This document shows, one piece after another, positions 56,640 through 64,000 of a stretch of 64,000 nt of DNA (position 1 is its first letter; the number at the start of each line of letters is the position of its first letter). Position numbers and translations under genes: made by a program. Below the pieces are notes generated by a model. That model was not told where the DNA came from and did no database searches. It saw nothing but the letters and a program-made list of their open reading frames with translations. The DNA is from the human T2T-CHM13v2.0 reference genome, Homo sapiens: the NCBI RefSeq assembly GCF_009914755.1, contig NC_060930.1; one strand, 5' to 3'.

Positions 56640-58470
56640 AGCTCCCTTTTGGGTTCTCTACCCCTCCTCTCAATGTTCCTACCCCTTCCTATTCCTCTTA
56701 TTCTCCAGCAGACTATCCCCTTACCTCACCCAGAAAACAGACAAGTCACTGGAGTGTAAGTTTTCTCAAATGCTGTACTTGGATAACTCCACCAGTCTTC
56801 CCTTCTTTCTGCCTCTTAGTGGGAGAGATGTCCCTATTCCTTTCCAGGACCAATCTTCTCCCAGGCCCGGACTCCCAGGCTCTTCCACAGCTCCGGCATT
56901 TTCAACTTCTTCTTCTGGTCTCATATAAGTGCTCAAGGGCCCCCCTAAAAAGCTCCATCTCCTTTCCCGCACCTGGCCTACTCCCCACATCGTCACCCAC
57001 CCCACTTCACTTCATTGTCAAACACCTTAGAAAGAACAGCCTGCTTGGCTGCTTCCCTTCTTTACCACCAGTAACCGCTGGTCTCCTGTGACCAGGCTCT
57101 TAGGAGGGTGGCCAATGATAGGCTTGACTGCCAAGTCCAATACCCTTTCTAGGACTATGTGCTCCTGACTTTCCTGAGTGTTGACTTCTCTCTCTCCCCA
57201 GGACTTTGATCACTTCATTTTGCCCAAATTCTCCTCTGATCCCTATGGTTGTTCTTTCTCTGTTTTCTTTACTGGCTTTTCTGGATCCAGGGCTTCGTTC
57301 ATGTTGCCTAGTGTGGGATTGAACAGTGTCCCCCCAGAAAAGACATGTGTAAGTCCTAATCCCTGGCAACTCAGAATGTGATCTCATTTGTAATTAGAGT
57401 ACCTGCCGATGTAATTTGATAAGATGAAGTCATACAGGGGTAGGGTTGGCACACAGTCCACCGTGACTGGTGTCCTTGTGAGGAGAGAAGACACAGACAC
57501 AAAGACACAGGGAGATGTCGTGTGATGATGAGGACAGATCGGAGTTACGCAGCTCCACGGCAAGGAAGGCCAAATCGCTGCAAATCCCTAGATGCGAGGA
57601 AGAGGCATGGAAGGAGTCCCCCACCTGCTTCAAAGGGAGCACAGCCCTGCTGACACCTTAGTTTTGGACATTAGCCTCCAGAATGGTGAGACAATAAATG
57701 CCTTTTGTTTAAGCCACACAGTGTGTGGGCCTTTGTTAGGGCAGCTGTACCTGAGCATATATTCTGAGTTTCTGAGTATTCCCCAAGGGGTATTTCTAGC
57801 CCAGTACCCCCGCTGAGCTCCAGACTCACACTACACAACGAATTGGCCCTTAACTGGGCACTCTGCGAGCCTCTCCATCTCACCCTGTCTAAAATCTCCT
57901 CACTAACCTGGTGATCTCTCTGGCCTTCGCTGTTCATGGCCACCACCTCACCTGAAGCAAGGCTGGTGATCATCCACTCCTCCCTCCCCTTCTTCAGGCT
58001 AACCTCAGGTCTTCTCTGCTCCACTGCCATTTTCCCAGGCCAATCCTCTTGCCTATTCACCCACATCAGCGTCCAGGCTGTTCCTCAACACACCAGGCAT
58101 GTTCCCGACCTAGGGGCTTTGCAGCACCTGTTCCTACTGCCTAAAATGTTTCCCCTAGAAATCTGCATGGCTACCACCCCCAACTTTACTCAGCTTTTCA
58201 CTCAAATGTTGCCTTCCACATGAGGTCTCTGTGACCCATGCCCACACTGCCTCCGCCCTGGCACTCCCAATGCCCTTGGCCTACAGGATTCATCATCTTC
58301 TAAAAGAATATATAACTTGCTGGCCTGTTGGCTTATTTACTCAGTATTACTGTCTTCAGTCATGAATGTACTCCCCACCAGGGCTTACCTTGTTCCCCAA
58401 CAGGTCCCAAACACTGAGGGCCAGTGCCTGGCAAAGAGAAGCTGCTCTTTACTTTCCTGCTGAGTGTGTT
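56640..58470 (+). mobile_element. L2 LINE (long diverged fragment, split by an MLT1 LTR)
   Basis: C/T-rich L2 ORF2/3' features (ttcctcaacacaccaggcatgttcc...gggctttgcagc...cagtgcctggca). Confidence 0.65.
57311..57750 (+). mobile_element. MaLR solo LTR (MLT1B/C-like)
   Basis: ttgaacagtgtccccc...ctcagaatgtga...ccctgctgacacctt...gcctccagaatggtgagacaataaat...gtttaagccac. Confidence 0.85.
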
Positions 58471-61400
58471 GATCTACAGGAGATGAACAGGCTTCCTCTG
58501 GTATTCCAATGACCAGCTCTGTCCCAACCAACACATCCCCTGCACTTCCCGCAAAAAGCACAGTGACATTTCAATAGGACTATATTTGAAATAGTTTATG
58601 AATGAAAAGAAAGAACTATTAAAGGGAAAATGATGCAGCACCACAGATGTGAGTAGATCGTCCAGCTGCTTTTCCTACAGAATAAATACTAGATTCTCTC
58701 GGGAACGCTCACAGTGCTCTGTCACCTGGATGCAGTCCCATCTCCTCTCCCTTGCCCCAGCCTTGCCCAGCCCACACTGCACTGTATATCCAGTCCACCA
58801 AACTTCTCTTCCTTCTCGGAGGGTATGGGTATTCTCGCTTCTATGCTGGCTCGTGGTTTTGTTAGTTTCATTGCTGCCTTAGTCATGTGGGGGAATTCCT
58901 GACCAATTCATCCTTCTTTTTAATCCCTCAATCCTGAATTAGGTAACTTTTCCTCTATCACTTTCAACATTACATTATCAGCTGCAATAGAAGACCCTAC
59001 ACTTCTGACTTGTGGACTCCTGAGAGCAAGGTCTGTGATTATTCCACATGTGTATGGACAACACCTCTGCAGAGGGCCTGGCAGCTGCTAGATGCTCAAT
59101 AAACCTCTGCCGAAGGCAGCTGCTAAAAGAAAAAAGAAAATCTTACTACGGAAAGTAAAAGATGATCCTCAGGCAAGAAACAAAAAAGTGCGACGGAAGC
59201 TCTGTTTCTATCTCTTCAGGGCCGTGCTTCATTATTATTTCCTCATTCTCCAATTCCTCACAAAGCTCTATTTTATAAATGTTTGCAGAGCTTTAAGTTA
59301 ATCCTAACATTTACTCTCCAGCCCTCAATCTTTAATGACTCCTTCTCTAAAAAAAAAAAAAGGCAGAAAAAGTAAAGATTTATATAAGTTCAAAAGAAAC
59401 TTAAAAATCCAGACAAAGACTTATCATCAGCCACGTATGGAATGTGAGTGGATTCTTGCCTAAAAAGCTAGCTCTAGCTGCAAATTTCCTATATTCTCCC
59501 AGTGCCACGGGACGGTGATGAGAGGTCTCCCACTCCATGGGGCTCTGCCCACCTCTGCTCACCCACTCCACACCTCCCACCACACTTTTCTAGTGCTTGA
59601 AGGAAGTGAAGACAGTAGCCTTTAACATGTTCCATTACAGCAACTGCTTTGGTGTAGTGACTTACAAGGAAGCCTGCAAAGGAGGCATTTAAGAACTGGT
59701 TTTATAAGTTCATAGAATAGTTAAGAATCTGAATAATTTTCTTATTCCTTGTATTTGTACTTAGATGTGGCTCCCAAGATAAAGTCACATTGTCTCCTTT
59801 ATTTTCTTGTTCTTTTTATGCTAAAAAACATTTAGAATATTTTATCAACAAAACACACAGACACAAACCCCTTTCCAATTCTCTCAACCAAAACAAATAT
59901 ACAATCATGATAGAAAGTTAGTATGTGAAAGTAGAAGGCTACACTCTTAGGTGATATTAACATCACTCCTGAAACTAATTCTTAGTATTTCAGTTTTCCC
60001 ATGAGGGAAATGATATGCTATATTCCATAATTTGCAAGCTTTTAATTTTCACAAAGCATCAAGAAGGCAGGCCATAAATAACCCTTCAGCAAACATTTAT
60101 GAACCATTTACTCAGGCCAGGCACTGTGCTGAGTTTGGGAACAGAAAGATAAATGAGGCGCAAACTTTGTCATTGAGGAACCCATGATATATCTGGGTCT
60201 CATAGATGCAAAGCAATAATAACATTAAAATCTGTTTACTGCACAATCAGAAGTATGGGCATATGGTACGCAGAGAAAAAGGACTTTAGCAAGTATGTGT
60301 ATATATGCTCTGGGAGCCTGGGGCCTCCAGAAGGAGGTGGCATTAAGCTGAGTTTCACTGGATAGGTTGGGAGGAAGGGCACACAGGGGATACATGGCCT
60401 GCAAAGACACAACATAGTCCCACTTTTAAGAAGAAAAACTGATAACTCACATTTATTTCTCCTACTTAAAAAAGTCATATGGAAATCACTAAAGCAATAT
60501 AAAATTAAGAAAAATATCAATAGCAGCTCTAGGAAACAGAAAAGGGAACACCCAACAAAGGAAAAACTAAAGAACTTTTTTGAACACTATAAAGCATGTA
60601 TGATTGGATCACACAAAAATAATCCATGCTTAGTTAGCATCAACACAACACAGAGGCAGTAACCTTATACGAAGGCACCTTACAAACCCCTAAAAACCTG
60701 CAAGCCGTAAGCAGCAACCTGGCTGTACACCACAGCCAGGGAGAAATGGGGCAGCAGAAACTGAGGGGCCACCATGGCAATGCCTGGAGAACACGGCTCA
60801 CCATGTAATTGGGAGGGTAGGTGTTGTGCCACAGATCGTTTACAGTGGGGTACAAGGGAGGACCACAGTGACAGAGAGGGAATGGAAAGACCAGTCTTGC
60901 ACCACACCTCCAGGTCTACTCCTCTGCTAGCTACAGCTCTGACTGGACACAGGCTGCCTGTGACCCCAGCCCTAACCAGTGCACGGGCTCTACCAAAAAG
61001 AGTAAGGAAGAAGGAGAAGATGGGAAGCAAACCAACACACTTAGGGATTCTATCAAAAACTCCAATAGAGAGTGGCTGTCCACAGTATTCCATCCCTGTG
61101 TTGTCTCAGAGAGAACATCAACAACAAAATCAACTCCATCCGCACTAACATTTCCATGGGTACCTGCGTTAGGTTTACTAGAGATCCTGCACTTAGGGAG
61201 ATAAACACATGAAGCATTTAATCTTCCACCACTGCCCCCAGCTGCACTGTCAAATACTCTTTCTCCTAAGAAGAACCTTCAACCACATGCAGGCAGATCC
61301 AAGACATTCCTGGTTACTTTCTGACATCACCACTCTAATGCAAGCCAGTCCTATGGCTCAGGGCACGTGGCTTGGGAAGGGCCAGGCTCTCCACTGACTG

Positions 61401-61659
61401 GGAAGAGAAGCTGAACCTGGTTCTGGGAACACCTCCCTCTTTCTGGTCCTGCTTAACTGCCTGAGGTTACATTTCCTTCTTTTTGGTGATCTCTACTTTG
61501 TTTAACAATGCCCAGCTGGGTCGCTAGGTGGCAAATAGACACATGCTAACTCAAGCATGCTTTGCTGAAGTTGGATCTGCAAAAGCCTGGGGGTGGAGGG
61601 GAAGGCTATACCACTGCACAGTTCCCTGAGGGAGGGAGAAACATGGCTTTGGGATAGCC

Positions 61660-61790
61660 TCTTCTTTTCTTTTCTTTCTTTCCTTCTTTTCTTCTTCTCC
61701 TTCTTCCTTCTCCTTCTCCTTCCTCCTCCTTCCTCCTTCCTCTTCTTCCTCCTTCCTCTTCCTTCCTCCTTCCTCTTTCTCATTCTTCTA
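61660..61790. repeat. Polypyrimidine (CTT/CCT)n low-complexity tract
   Basis: About 130 nt, almost purely C/T. Confidence 0.95.
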
Positions 61791-62029
61791 TAACTATGGT
61801 ACCAAGGGACAGCCTCTTCTCACACACTCCCTGCCCCCAACAACTGCTTCAAGCACAGCCAACAACACCACAGCTTACAGTGTCCAGCTGCTGGGGTTTC
61901 CTCACTGGGAGTGCATCTTCTGGGTAGTGTACCTTTTTAAGAGACAGGGGGTGGCTATTCCACTGCTGTCCTTTCTCTCTGCCCTGCCATTTCTCTTCCC
62001 ATTCTCTTCTTCCCTGCTTTAGTAGACTA

Positions 62030-62507
62030 TCTCTATTAGAACTAAGCTCATGTAACAGTGATAGAAAAGCTAGAGAAGTTTAAATAAGATGAAGGTTTAT
62101 TTCTCTTTCACTTACATAAGTCTGCTGGTAGACAGGAAGGGCTAGCGTAGTATCCTAACAATTACTAGGGACGTTATTTTTTTCTATATATTTCTCCACT
62201 CTCTGCATCATATGGCTTCCAACTCTTGGTACAAAATGGTTGGCAGAATTCCTGCCATCACATGCACCTTCCCATCAAGAGGATTATTTCCCTTCTACTT
62301 TATGGATTCTTCTAAGAAGCTGCACACATCATTTCTACCTAAAAGTGATTTCTTAGAAGGGGGTCACATGACCACACCTAGGTATAAGGGGAGCTAAAAA
62401 ATGTAGTTCTTCATGTCTGAGGACATGTACTCAGACAAAAATTGAGAATTCCACTACTCAGAAGAGAAAAACAGAAATTGACAGACAACCAACAGTGTTT
62501 TCCATAC
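62030..62507 (-). mobile_element. Old MaLR LTR (MLT1J/K-like)
   Basis: aaggtttatttctctttcac...caaaatggttggcagaattcctgccatcacat...gtcacatgaccacacctag...aaatgtagt. Confidence 0.7.
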
Positions 62508-62833
62508 TACCTAAACAGATTTCCAACTAAGGAGTAAGACCCTAGTCTTTTTTTTTGTTTTTAAAGCACCATCGAATTTTCCAGGTAAGTCTTCTGATGC
62601 CCACCTCACTTAGCTTGGTGAGAGGAGGGAACGGCCATGGTATTTCCTAGTGGGCTGATGATTCTCAGCCCCCTCCTTCTACTCAATGTGCTCTGACAGC
62701 CAAGCAGAGGAAGGGATGGGGTAAAGAGGGAAGGTGCTGGCAGATAGCAAAGTTGGTTCTGATAACTGCTTCTTAAGACCTGAGGAAGGAATAGGTCTCA
62801 GTTATTGATGGTTTTCTTGAGAAAGTGAAGACT

Positions 62834-63151
<318 letters not shown>

Positions 63152-63639
63152 TCACATCTCTAAGACCTCTGCTTTGGACAGAAATCATCAGTGTGCAGAA
63201 AACTCCTCCTCAACCCCTGTGGTGGCTTCCTAAAGGGGTCATGATTCTTGTCTGTTCCCAGGAAATACACCTGGAAGGGAAGGCCAACTTTTGGCCTGTG
63301 GACCCTAGTGAGGTTCATCTCCACTGGCCAATTTGGTGAGCAGAGACCCCTGGGAGACAGCAAACAGAGACTTCCACAAGTGCATCGAGGGGCACCTGCC
63401 AACTACCCACATTGATCAGTTTATACCTCTCTATAAAAACAAGCAGGCTATGAAGGGTCAATGAACACTGGAAGAAGACCAAAAATGGGATAGGAGCCAA
63501 GCTGAGTAGGCAGGGGAAACGGCCTTTCCTCTGTATCTTCTGGGAAATGCAAAGATACTGCCTCTCAGAGGCAGTACAAGAAGCCTATGAAGAAGGAAGA
63601 GCAAATGAGTACCAAGAAAGAGCTCCAGGAAATGAAAAA

Positions 63640-64000
63640 CCAGTTACTTAGGGAAGCTACTCACTGGAGACCTTAGGCAAACAAATAAACATCGGGGAAG
63701 ATCAAATCTTGATTTAGAAAATGATCTGAAAGTGACCTTCCAGAATGTAAAGGAAAAATAATGAAAGAACAAATGAGAAACATAAATGTCATATCCAGGA
63801 GTTATCATAGCTGTGAAAACAATTGAATGAAAGAGAAAGAATCATCAACCTAACGAAAAACTTCCAAGAGGATAAACAGCCCATGAAATACCAGATAAGA
63901 ATATTGACAGATCATCTACGCACAAACTCCTGGTAGAGTTTCTAAATAAAATAATAAAAAGAAAGTCACTATGAGCTCCCTAGTAAGAAATAAGGAAAGG
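63640..64000 (+). mobile_element. Ancient L1ME/HAL1 ORF1-like fragment, cut by the window edge
   Basis: A-rich sequence resembling decayed L1 ORF1 (gaaaaacttccaagag...cctggtagagtttct). Confidence 0.4.

Overview
This is primate (most likely human) genomic DNA from inside a large minus-strand gene that I recognise as GMDS (GDP-mannose 4,6-dehydratase, an extended SDR; from recall it lies at 6p25 near FOXC1). Only two coding exons fall in the window: 26377-26569 (193 nt) and 25470-25574 (105 nt). They are separated by an 802-nt GT-AG intron and together encode the catalytic region [100 protein letters not shown]. The rest is intron, dominated by interspersed repeats. These include a full-length decayed L1PA12/13-like LINE with a 14-bp TSD (43079-50030), about 18 Alu-family SINEs spanning FAM to AluY, MIR/L2 relics, MaLR/ERVL solo LTRs and DNA-transposon relics (Tigger1, Tigger3, MER20, MER58A, Charlie4a, MER5). 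I found no prokaryote-type system, RNA gene or CRISPR array, and nothing I can defend as a new biological system. The best leads are: a symmetric catalytic exon with a weak acceptor, inverted and direct Alu pairs around the exon pair (circRNA or deletion substrate), a trimeric Alu inside one TSD, several local tandem duplications, and an AP-1/ETS motif cluster. Repeat subfamily names come from recalled consensus sequences and need RepeatMasker/Dfam confirmation. Boundaries of old repeats are approximate.
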